NCBI RefSeq assembly: GCF_006345805.1
Contig: NW_021835057.1
Location: forward strand, 1 to 45,507
Reading direction: 5' to 3'
Origin: Octopus sinensis
Lineage: Eukaryota
Length of the DNA stretch: 45,507 bases
Shown: one piece after another, positions 23,574-35,543 of the stretch
Numbering within the stretch: position 1 is the stretch's first letter
How the letters are laid out: each line of letters opens with the position of its first letter
Position numbers and translations under genes: made by a program
The notes under the pieces: generated by a model
What the model was told of the DNA's origin: nothing
What the model saw: only the letters and a program-made list of their open reading frames with translations
The model's database searches: none

Positions 23574-25704
23574 CTATACAATATGTTACATTACTCGGTA
23601 GTCAAGATAAAACTCTGAGTTTCAGATGCCGAAGTGGAAATCCACAACACCATCTCTTCGGTTAGCTGGATATTTGAAAACGTTATGAAAAAATACCGTT
23701 AAAAATGAAGGGAAGTTACTCTGTTATAACTCTGCTTTGCCTGCGTACTTATACATCGCTCGCATTTTTCGTCATAAAAATTATATAAAAATGCATAAAA
23801 ATACATAAAAATATATAAAAATATATAAATTCTTCTTGGGACATAACACAGAAAGCATGTTCTCTCCGTTTTCTTTAGGGGACCAAAAACGTAACAGAAA
23901 TTTAGTCACATGTGGGCATGATCCGAAAAGCTCTGTCCTTGTATTTAGACATGTGGTAGGGTCTAAGCTGCTTTTCCAGATAAGCCATCTCTCCATGTCG
24001 CATAAACCGCACCTTCCGCTGCCGTTAGTATAGGGCTTACATCTGGCCAAAATCTAGTGACTTCATAGAAATTAGTACCAATGATAAGGATATAATCTTC
24101 CATGCTAGAAAGACATTACTTTTCAGTGAGAATGCAAAGTGGGTAAAAAACACCGACACGGAGGGCGCTTTCGATGTGAGCATGGGTTCATATGATGGGG
24201 CAGGCATCTGTGATCTAATTGGACTCTTTCTCCTAGATACCTTCGGTAAGACATTCCCTAACGTACATTTCGCCATCTACAAAGATGATGCCCTCGCCTT
24301 AACAGCTATACAAATGGACCAGCACAAGATCGTTTTAGGAAGGATATTATCCAGTTAATGAAACACTTCGGACTTAGTATAACTATAGACACTAACCTGA
24401 CGGTTGTCAATTTCTTAGACATTTCCTTAGATCTTAATAATAATATTTATAAGCCTTATAGGAAGCCCAATGATAGACTAAGTTATATTAATGTAGGTTC
24501 ATGCCATCCCCCTATAGTATTCAAAATTTAGTTAAAAATATTAGTAAGAGAATTTCTAGCCTCTCATCTAATGAGGACATCTTCAATAGCGTTGCCCCAG
24601 TTTATAATAAAGCTTTAAAAGATAGTGCTTTAGCGAAAAAATAAAATATAACCTATCACTACAAACCTATGAAAAGAAATAAGAAGGAATAATAGAAATA
24701 GAAGGTCATCTGGTTTACGCCCCCTTACTCACCCGAGGTGGCCTTCAATATAGGTAAATATTTCCTAGCACTGATAGATAGACATTTTCCAGTTAACCAT
24801 GCTTATAGGAAACTCTTCATAGACACAATTTTAAAAATTAGTTTTAGTTCAACTACCAATTTTAAAAACATATCAATCATAACATACAAAAAACAAGAAG
24901 AAAACAGCTGTTCATGCAGGAATAAAGAATTGTGCCCGCTAAATGGAGCTTGCATGTCCAAGACCATCATATATGAAGCTACCGTAAACTCTATAACCAC
25001 TAAGACACCGCTTCGACGAAGAATTAAGTGGGCCTGACAGAGGGTAATTTCAAGGCCAGGTTCAATAACCACACTTTGAGCTTAGGCACTGGAACAAAAG
25101 AAAAGCGACACAATTATCCAATCATTTGGTCTTTAAGAGATAAAGGTGTCGATTATAAAATACAAAGGAAGATTTTGGTCAGATGTAAGCCCTATACTAA
25201 CGGCAGCGGAAGGTGCGGTTTATGCGACATGGAGAGATGGCTTATCTGGAAAAGCAGCTTAGACCCTACCACATGTCTAAATACAAGGACAGAGCTTTTC
25301 GGATCATGCCCACATGTGACTAAATTTCTGTTACGTTTTTGGTCCCCTAAAGAAAACGGATAGAACATGCTTTCTGTGTTATGTCCCAAGAAGAATTTAT
25401 ATATTTTTATATATTTTTATGCATTTTTATATAATTTTTATGACGAAAAATGCGAGCGATGTATAAGTACGCAGGCAAAGCAGAGTTATAACAGAGTAAT
25501 TTCCCTTCATTTTTACGGTATTTTTTCATAACGTTTTCAAATAGCCAGATAACCGAAGAGATGGTGTTGTGGATTTCCACTCGGCATCTGAAACTCAGAG
25601 TGTTATCTTGACTACCGAGTAATGTAACATTTGTATAGATAAATTTCCTCTATTTACATAATATTGAGGTCTCTTTCTTCTTTTGTTATCTTACCGTTTT
25701 ATCA
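23571..25704 (+). mobile_element. Penelope-like element: RT remnant, GIY-YIG endonuclease remnant, inverted pseudo-LTR at the 5' side
   Basis: FDVSMGSYDGAGICDLIGL...IYKDDALA is PLE-type RT. CPLNGAC..IIYEATV and MGLTEGNFKARFNNH...RCGLC are GIY-YIG with the PLE CCHH motif. 23571-24054 is an inverted copy of 25171-25641. Confidence 0.9.
25547..25608 (+). ncRNA. Hammerhead-ribozyme-like fold (type I, minimal, variant core) in the PLE terminal repeat
   Basis: AGATAA-CCGAAGA-GATG..CATC-T-GAAA-CTC-A-GAG-T-G-TTATCT gives stem I 6 bp, stem II 4 bp and a near-palindromic stem III. An inverted copy lies at 23605-23667 (minus). Confidence 0.55.
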
Positions 25705-25736
25705 ATACATATATAATATATATATATATAATATAT

Positions 25737-25768
<32 letters not shown>

Positions 25769-25911
25769 ACTATATATATATATACATATATATATATACG
25801 GCCATATATATATTATATATATATTACACTTATATATATACACACACTATATATATATATATATGTATGTACATGTATATATGTGTGTATATATATATAT
25901 AGTATATATAG

Positions 25912-25969
<58 letters not shown>

Positions 25970-25984
25970 TATATATACACCTTG

Positions 25985-26315
25985 CGATGTTAGTCAAATC
26001 AGAATTCGGACACCATGTTCCCCCCAAGTAGAGAGTCATAGTTTACAGAGACATATCTTGGTAAACGAAGTTTATTCGGGAGTTTTGGAAGGAATTTTTC
26101 CAAAGACTTCTTGAACTTTATGGGGTGTGTTTCTGCTTTAATGTGCTTTGATATCATGTAAAAGAGAGTGGGGCCACTTGATGTGAAATAATTGTGCCAA
26201 ATTGTTATTTGGAGAAGAGAAGGATAATGGTGAGGATATCAGGATATCTCTCGACTGGAAAAATCTGAGAATCCTGGAACACATTCTGCTGACCATGTAA
26301 ACCTTGCTGTGTATA
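25985..26315 (-). mobile_element. CR1 3' fragment with internal deletion, paralog of 33705-34345
   Basis: Same two truncation points as 33705-34345 but lacks ~310 bp of the middle. Confidence 0.8.
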
Positions 26316-26375
26316 TGAGCGGCCCACCTTCTATATATATGTATATCTATCTGTCTGTCTGTGTGTTTATCTACG

Positions 26376-26429
<54 letters not shown>

Positions 26430-26432
26430 CTA

Positions 26433-26499
<67 letters not shown>

Positions 26500-26578
26500 T
26501 AATAATAAATATTAGGGAATAAATCCAAATTTACAGGGAAAAATCAGATTTAGGATTGAATCCAAATTTATACTAAAA

Positions 26579-26842
26579 TATTATATTATATTAAATTAGA
26601 GAGAAAACCACTATTAGGCAAATCAAACAATGAAAAACTTAATCCAATACATAATATTATTTAATTTATATTATTTAAATATATAACAAAATTATTAAAA
26701 AAATATTAATATTAATATTAATTATATTTTTTTAATAATTTTTGTTATATATTTAAATAATATCAATTAAATAATCTTATGTATTGGATTAAGTTTTTCA
26801 TTGTTAGATTGCCTAATAGTGGTTTTGCTCTAATTTAATATA

Positions 26843-26850
<8 letters not shown>
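26579..26850. repeat. AT-rich near-perfect foldback (~125-bp arms)
   Basis: GAAAACCACTATTAGGCAAATCAAACAATGAAAAACTTAATCCAATACATAA is mirrored by TTATGTATTGGATTAAGTTTTTCATTGTTAGATTGCCTAATAGTGGTTTT. Confidence 0.8.
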
Positions 26851-26885
<35 letters not shown>

Positions 26886-27054
26886 GCACACATATATATT
26901 GTGTGTATATATATTTGTGTGTGTGTGTCTATATATATTATGTATGTATTATATATATATATCTATATCTATCTATCTATATATCTATCTATCTATGTAT
27001 CTATATATATAATATATATATTATATATATTAGATAGATAGATAGATAGATAAT

Positions 27055-27101
<47 letters not shown>

Positions 27102-27150
27102 TACATTCTATGCATGTATATATATATAGATATATATATATATATATATA

Positions 27151-28889
27151 AGTCTATAGGTATATGTATAAGCAGCAGGAGTTGGACTCCATTTACAGAT
27201 TGGCTGAGGATAATAATATGCAGTTTAATGCCGTAAAATTCCAAGCCCTGTGCCACCAGCATCAAAACCTAACTTAAAGGGTACACTGGTCCATAGGGAA
27301 TTTTAGTCCCAGAGCCTAAGTCAGTGAGGTACCTGGGTATAGACATGAGTGATGATACCTCTTTTAAAGTGCTCATTACCAGCATGGCGACAAAGTTCAG
27401 ACGACTGGCTGCATGGATCCTAAGAACATTCCGAACCAGAGAAAAGGAAACCATGATGGTCCACTGGCGAACATTCATCCTCAGCCACCTGGATTACTGC
27501 TCACAGCTATGGTCACCCACCAGTGTGAAATTAACAGCGGACCTTGAAGCAATCCAGAGAAGATTCACAAAGAAGATCGTCTCTTTGCAACAGCTCAGAT
27601 ACTGGGAAAGGTTGAAACACTTAAGACTCTACTCTTTGGAGAGAAGACAGAACAGGTATGCAGTAATATATATCTGGAAGATCCTGCCCAGAAGGCTCCT
27701 ATCTGATCAGGTAGGGTTACTACCGCTGGATGCCCTCCTAACATCTACCACTCCAAGAGTGTAATGGGTACTTGTACGTGCCAACAGCACGGAGGCCAGT
27801 CATGTGGTACGGCCAATAGCCACACTCAAATGGTGTTTTTTACATGCCACCTGAACAGGAGCCAGTACCGTGGCACTGGCAACGTTCATGCTTGGATGGT
27901 GCTTTTAGTATTCCACTGGCGTGGTTGCCAGTCAGGCGGTGCTATCATCGGTCATTTCAACGAATTTGATTTCACTTGGCTAAACAGGTCCAATGAGAGA
28001 CATGTACGGATATATACATATACATACACACACTCATATATATATACATACATATGTATGTATGTGTGTATATATATATATACATATATATATATATACA
28101 CACACACACAGTTTATATCCATTTAAAAGGAAAAAAGAAGATGGGTCCATATATAACATCAAAAGGAGCAGCTTTTTTTCTCTGATGAAATTATACTCAT
28201 GTCACATAAATGTAATATTAATGTACAAATTTGTAATTAATTTATTGAAACAATTGTAAGCAGCGAAGATGACCATTTTGTAAGCAATAAACAATTATCA
28301 ACTTCCTTATCTCCATTTTCTTTTCTGTTTTGAAATGGATATAAACTATATTCTCAATATATATATTGTATTAAGGGTATTCATAGCCCCAAATACTAGG
28401 TATTCAACCAGTGTTTCCTTAAATGCAACCATCCCTTCACAAGGTAACATATCCCCTAATTATATACTTATATTCAATTTATATATATATGTTATATGAG
28501 TATATACATGTATGTATAGACAGATAGATGAATTGATGGATAGGTGTGAGTGTATACATATTTCGGTCTTACCTATTTTTTCTAAATACATAACACACAT
28601 ACATTCATACATGCGTGTTTCTAAATTGACGCAAAAGGTTGACCTAAGATTTGAATAGGGATAAGAAATTTAATGACAATAATTGAGCTAGTTAGAATTT
28701 CTTTAGAATTGTTAAAGAGAAAATAGTGACTCACACAGGTGAATGAGTGTTTCATTGTGTAGATATAGCAGGTACGCAGATAGATGTATATGTACATATA
28801 TGCATATAAATATGTGTGTATGAATGTATGTGGGTGTATGTGTACAGTTGTATTTGTATTTAAGTATGTTGATGTTTATGTTTGCACAA

Positions 28890-28924
<35 letters not shown>

Positions 28925-29608
28925 CGTGTATTTGGATTTATACGTGTATGTATGATTGTTTGTAGTTACGTATATACGTAAACATGAATTGTTCGTGTAT
29001 GAATATATGTATTTATGTATATATGGTGATGATGACGATGGCTATCCACTCATGAGTAAAAAAGGCCATCACTGACCATCTACCATGCGAAATTTCTGCA
29101 AGGACAGTTGTAAATAGTATTGTGTTCACGTTCAGCTTTATTTGGATTCGCAGCTGTGGCCTTCATGCATGCCGCAGGGCCCTCCTTTTTGACCAAGTAT
29201 CGTAAATGACTCTTATCTAGCAATCGTACAACCGAGAATATTAAATCCAATAAGGCTTGGCTGACCCCTCACTGATACTTTGCACCCTGTTGACATGATC
29301 CAGAGACAAGCCAGGATAAGCTATCAAGTGCCAATGTGAGGGCACTATGATCCCATGCGCAAGCAAAACACCCCCCATAAATTGAGGTGTCTTTCACACA
29401 CACACACACACAGAGGCACACACACGCACACACACACACACACACACACAGAGGCACACACACACACACACACACACAGAGGCACACATATACACACATG
29501 CACATATTATGGATGTATACATACATACCTCATTATTTTAAACACATATAGACACCTTCTTTGGGTGAAGCAGTGGGTAGTTATGGTGTTTTGAGTAGAA
29601 TAGTTTTG
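27151..29608. repeat. Cassette copy II (more diverged)
   Basis: Colinear with copy I, with more substitutions and small indels; its CR1 fragment is open for 146 aa (27324-27764). Confidence 0.9.
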
Positions 29609-29635
29609 ATATATAAATATATATTATATATATAC

Positions 29636-29667
<32 letters not shown>

Positions 29668-29674
29668 ATATATA

Positions 29675-29712
<38 letters not shown>

Positions 29713-29897
29713 TATATATATATGTACATATATATATATATGTATTATATATATTTTGTATATATAATATATATTATATATATACATATATATATATGTA
29801 TATATATTATATATATATCTATATAAATGATAATATATTGATATATTATGTATGTATATGTATATATATATAATATAAATATGTAATATATAAAATA

Positions 29898-29955
<58 letters not shown>

Positions 29956-30010
29956 ATATAAAATATATAATATATATATACTATATACATATATATGTAT
30001 ATATGTATGT

Positions 30011-33000
30011 ACTTTGATACTTTGATAGGTTTCGGCCATTATTGGCCCAGGCCATGTCTAACTTAATAGCACCACCTGGTGAAGTCTTTCAAGTCAGAAT
30101 TTGGGCACTATGGCCCACTCAAGTAGAGAGTTATTGTTTACAGAGACATATCCGGGTGTAGGGGGTTTATCCGGGATTTCTTGAAGGAATCTGTCCAAAG
30201 ACTTCTTGAACCCTATAGGGTCTGTTTCTGTTTTAATGTGTTTTGGTGTAATGTTAAAGAGAGCGGGGCCAATTGAGGTGAAATAATTGTGCCGTATTGT
30301 TGTTATGAGATGAGAGTGCGATTTTTGTTTTGGGTGGATGGCACGGGGCCCAAGCCTTGGATGTACCTTAAAGGTGATGCCAACATCATTTGGGCAATGC
30401 TGATGGAATATTTTCCACATCATGCAGATGATGTAGCGCTCACGGCGACGTTGGAGAGAATAAAGTTTTAGCTTTTCTAGTCGACCCCAACAGTCGAGGC
30501 CTGTCATGCCATCTATCATTTTTGTGATTGCCCTTTGAGGTGCTTCAACTTTTATGATACTTTGTTTTGTGTGGGGAGATCACAGTGGACAACAGTATTC
30601 AAGGTGGGGTCGGGCAAAAGTGGAGAAGAGAAGGATAATGGTGTGGATATCTCTTGACTGGAAAGTTCTGAGAATCCAGGAACACATTCTGCGGGCCATG
30701 TCAACTTTGGTGTTTATATGAGTGGCCAAGCTTATGTTGTTGTCCACAATTACTCCCAAGTATCTGATGTTGTTGGATGCCACGAGAGTTTCACCTGAAG
30801 GAAGGGAGTATGGGTGTTTCAGGGCATCCTCTTTTCCAAAGTGGATTAGCTCAAATTTATCCTCGTTCAGCAGCATATTGTTCTTTTCTGCCCATTGGAT
30901 AACAGCCAGTAGATCTGACTGAAGGCATGTCCGGTCACTCGCCTCATTTATGACCTTCTGTAGCTTGGAATCATCTGCAAAGATTTTTATGTTGCTGTGC
31001 TTGATGATGTCATTAATGTCATTAATGTAGATGATGAAAAGAAGAGGGCCCAGCACAGTGCCTTGCGGAACGCCACTACTGACTTTGGCTGGGCTTGATT
31101 TTACCCCTTCAACTACAACATGTTGAGATCTGTCTGTCAGGAAACACTTGATCCATTTCAGTAACTTTCCAGAGACACCAATGTTGGATAGTTTTTTCAA
31201 TAGGATCTTGTGATCAACCCTGTCGAAGGCTTTGCTGAAATCAAGGTAGATGACATCGGTGTTGGAGTCCTCTCCCAAAGCTCTCAAAATGTCATCAAAG
31301 TGATGCAGGAGCTGCGTTAGGCAGTCCCTTCCATTACGGAACCCATGTTGGTTAGAGATCAGCTGTCTGTTGCTTTCCAGAAATTGGGTTATTCGAGATC
31401 TCACCACCCTCTCAAATACCTTGATGATGTGAGAGGTGAGTGAGATCGGACGGTAGTTCACTGCAAGGGACTTGTTTCCCTTTTTGAAAACTGGGACTAC
31501 AGACTGGGACAGAAGGTTTTTTGGAATATAGCCAGCATCCAGCGAGTTTCTCCACAGATTAGCAAGGGGAGATGCAAGTTGGTGTCGACACACCTTCAGG
31601 ACACAAGCAGGGAAGCTATCGGGGCCTACTGCTGAATTGTGTTTTATTTCGTTTATCGCCGCTAAGACATCAGAGGCACCAAACGTTATGTCTGATATAG
31701 TGTGTTGGGGGTTGACATCAATGATACAGCCCAGATCGGCCATATCAGGATTTCTGAAAACAGAGCAGTATTGTTTCTGCAGTATCTCGGCCATGGATTT
31801 GGCATTATCTTGGAGAGTGCCATTTTCATCAATTAGAGGGCCAACAATGGGGACAGTGACCCTGTGTTTCCTCGCAAATGAAATGAACACTTTGGGGTTG
31901 AGTTTGATTTTTCAATGGCCAACTTCTCCTCAGCTGATCTTTGGTTATTGATGAGGGTCTTCATGCATTGTTGGAGGTTATATTTTTTGGATTCAAGCAG
32001 TGCGATAGCCGTCGAATGTGTGTGTTGCTGTTGGCAGTACTTTAGTTTGTTAATTTTTTTGTTTGTTCTTTTTATTTTTCTGATAATAGTTTTTCTGTTT
32101 TGGGGGATTCTGCACTTTTTGTTCACAGGTCTTGGTGGGGAGTGTTTTGTACATATGTTTGTGACGGTGTCTACAAAGATCTGCCAAGATGTTTTATGGT
32201 TGGTGGAGATGTGTGTATGTGTAAAGGACCAGTCAACATGTGATAGCTCGTTCCTGATTGCATCCCAGTTGGCATTATGGAGATCCATGTTGTCAAATGG
32301 GTGGGCTGGAGGGAGGTCACTAGGATTAGCTTTCGGCTGGTGGAATTTCATGTTACAGAGAACCATGTCATGGTCTGAAAGAAGGGTTTTTTCCACTGTA
32401 ACGTTATGTATAGTGTTAGTGTGGTTACTAAACACTAGGTCCAAAATGTTCTGATGTCTTGTTGGTGCAAGGACAAGTTGGGACAAGAAAAACTCATTCG
32501 TAAAGTCGAAAAGTGACTCTGCTGCTTCTTTGTCAGCGGTTGAGGCGGGAGTGCTTGGTTTCAAACAGTTTGTAGTCCAGTCAACACAGGGTAGATTGAA
32601 ATCTCCCATCATGAGTAGGTTGCTAGAATGGCACTCTTGAATAAAGCACTTAATGCTGTTGAGGCATTCTTTAAAGCACAGTATGGGTGTTTGGGGCGGC
32701 CTATAGAGCCCAATTACTGTCAGGTCATTGGCTTTGTTGTGCACCGTGACTGATTCACAGTAGCCGTTGGAGAATATACTATTTCCATCTGCCGTAAATG
32801 AATCATGCAGGAAAATGGCAGTTCCACCCTTCCTCCTGCCGATACGATCCGCGCGGATGGTTGTGAAATTCTTCACTCTCACTTCGGCTTTCAAGTGGGA
32901 GTTGTCAAGGTGGGTCTTAGTGAGAATGAAGAAAGGGATGTGGTGTGGATGGTTACCAACCCAGTCTTCAATGAATTGGACCTTCCATTTTTGTGCATTG

Positions 33001-33600
33001 ATGGAAGGGCTGACACCTTGTGCATTGAGTAGAAATGTGGAGGTTAGTGTAGTGGCTGGTTTTGACTGTTGCAGGGGGCTTGGATTTTTTGTGTGTGTTA
33101 GTGACAGCAATGTGGGGAATTGGTGCACTGGGGTAATAGCATAGGATGGTGTTGAGTGATGGCTAGAATATTTTTGTGTATCTCTTTTGCCATGGCTAAA
33201 AAAGAATTTTCCTGCTTAGGGAGCAGTTTTTGACTGGAGGTATGGTTGCACAGTTGGATAGGGTTGTAGTTTCCACTTTTGTTGTTGTTGTTTTTGTGTC
33301 TTCCTGAAAAGACTGGATCAGCATTACGGCAGCATGGTGTATTTTTATTTTTATTCAGGTTAGTGTGTTGGCTTGAAGCCCCGTTTCTGTTTGTGCGTCG
33401 GGTCCCTGGAAGATGAGTGAGGGACAGTCACTCAGCAGACATATTCTCTCACGTTGGGAATACCGGCAGATTTTGGGGCTCCGAGTTGAGTGTGTTTTGA
33501 ATTTCGATTTACTATTTGGTGGTGTTGATGTTATTGTGGGATGCGTGCTTTGGCCTTGGCCGGTAGTGCGTCTAGTGCCAGGTAGATGTGTGAAGATGCA
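30011..33600 (-). mobile_element. Near full-length CR1-type LINE (ORF1 remnant + APE-RT ORF2)
   Basis: APE motifs LLNAQG, LYRPP, GDFNLP, LDLVFSN and SDH in 31833-33128. RT motifs NYRPISL, QHGF, YLDFSKAFD, GVPQGTVLGP and FADD in 30580-31890, with the C-terminus at 30094-30519. One frameshift near 31900 and one stop at 30580-30582. 3' tail (ATCAAAGT)x2 at 30011-30026. Confidence 0.92.
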
Positions 33601-33642
33601 GTCACTATTTGTGCAGAGTCTCTATACATGTATATATGTATG

Positions 33643-33696
<54 letters not shown>

Positions 33697-33704
33697 TATA
33701 TATA

Positions 33705-34345
33705 AACCTGGCGATGTTAGTCAAATCAGAATTCGGACACCATGTCCCACCCAAATAGCCATTTATAGTTTACAGAGACATATGTTGGTGAACGAAGTTT
33801 ATTCGGGATTTTCCTAAGAAAATTTTCCAGAGACTTCTTCAACTTTATGGGGTCTGTTTCTGCTTTAATGTGTTTTGATATCATGTTAAAGAGAGTGGGG
33901 CCACTTGATGTGAAATAATTGTGCCAAATTGTTATTATGAGATGCAAGTGGGATTTATGTGGTTGGTGGATCGCATGGGGCAGAAGTCTTGGGTGTATCT
34001 TAAAGGAGATGCCAGCATCATTCCGGAACTGCTGCTGGAATATTTTCAACATCATGCAGATGATACAGCGCTCGTGACGACATTGAAGAGAATAAAGCTT
34101 GAGCTTTTCTAGTCGACGACTCCAATGGTCAAGGACTGTCATTTTTGTAATTGACCTTTGAGGTGCTTTAAGTTTCATGGGAATATGTTCTGTGAGGGGA
34201 GACCACAGTGGACAACTGTATTGAAAGAGGGGTCAGGCAAAAGTGGAGAAGAGAAGGATAATGGTGAGGATATTAGGATATCTCTCGACTGGAAAGTTCT
34301 GAGAATCCAGGAACACATTCTGCTGACCATGTTAAATTTGCTGTG
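33705..34345 (-). mobile_element. CR1 3' fragment (same family as 30011-33600)
   Basis: ORF 33726-34178 parallels 30094-30519 (LKLYSLQ.R.ER.IICMM.KI). Confidence 0.85.
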
Positions 34346-34409
34346 TATATGAGCGGCCCACCTTCTATATATATGTATATCTATCTGTCTGTCTGTGTGT
34401 CTATCTACG

Positions 34410-34506
<97 letters not shown>

Positions 34507-34560
34507 TATATATAATATATATATATATATATACACATATAAATATACACATATATATAC

Positions 34561-34593
<33 letters not shown>

Positions 34594-35048
34594 CATGCAC
34601 ACATATAACATATATATATATATATATATACATATATATACATGTATATAAGTATTATATACACTCATCCAAATGTATGTCTGTGTCTGCCTTTTCTTTA
34701 ATTTGTTAAAATCATTGTCCGATATTTTTTAGTTGTTGCATTGTTATATCTCTCTATGCTTTATTGCCCCCACCCTCTGCCTGTCTGTCTGCCTCTCTCT
34801 CCCTCCCCGCCCCCTCACTCTTAGTCTCTCCCTCTCATTTTCATAGTTAAGTCACGTTGCCGCTTTACTTAGGAAGTTAAATATTTAGAGGAGAAACAGA
34901 TTAGAATTCTATTCAATAATGAATATGGATCAATTATGTAAGATTTGTTCAACCACGCCCTAGCTGGAGTATTTTAGATCATAAAACATATATATATATA
35001 ATATATATATATATATATACACACACACATAAATATGCATGTAATTAT

Positions 35049-35132
35049 GGTCTGCAAAAGCTCAACCCCTCCTCCACGTGGTGCAGACTGGGCAACGCGA
35101 GCAAGCCAGCTGTGTTAGAGGCAAACGGGGCT
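35049..35132 (+). ncRNA. HDV-like (delta-like) self-cleaving ribozyme fold at the RTE 5' end
   Basis: P1 GGTCTGC/GCAGACT with a G-U first pair; L3 TCCACGT; P3 (T)CC/GGT; P1.1 CC/GG followed by GCAAC as in HDV; P4 hairpin; J4/2 GCAAA; P2 CCCC/GGGG. Confidence 0.65.
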
Positions 35133-35543
35133 CTGACAGTCATCAAGTCCTCAACGGTGGAACAGGCGGATGAAGTTGCCTTAACAACTCAACGGCTGTG
35201 AAGGCGGACGAAGGCTGCAGCAGACCATCGACTCCAATCGTCTCGGTTTACCTTGCCATTGGGTCAAGTTGGTGGTCTGTCAAGTTTACGTGTGCTTTAC
35301 TGGACATGCGACCTCAAGCACACGTTAAACAATTTCACGCACAGGCGTCTTCGCCACCACTCTTCTTCTTCTTTCCAAGACTTTCGGCGATCAGCGATGG
35401 ATAACGGGAGCAGGGTCGTGAAAGCTGGAGGCTCCTAGTGCAGAACCGGCATGGATGCGGTGGTTACATGATTCAGTCGCTCTATCTTTCGGAAGAAGCA
35501 GGGAAGATGTTCGGGTGCAGTATCCACGACTGAGCAGCCCTGT

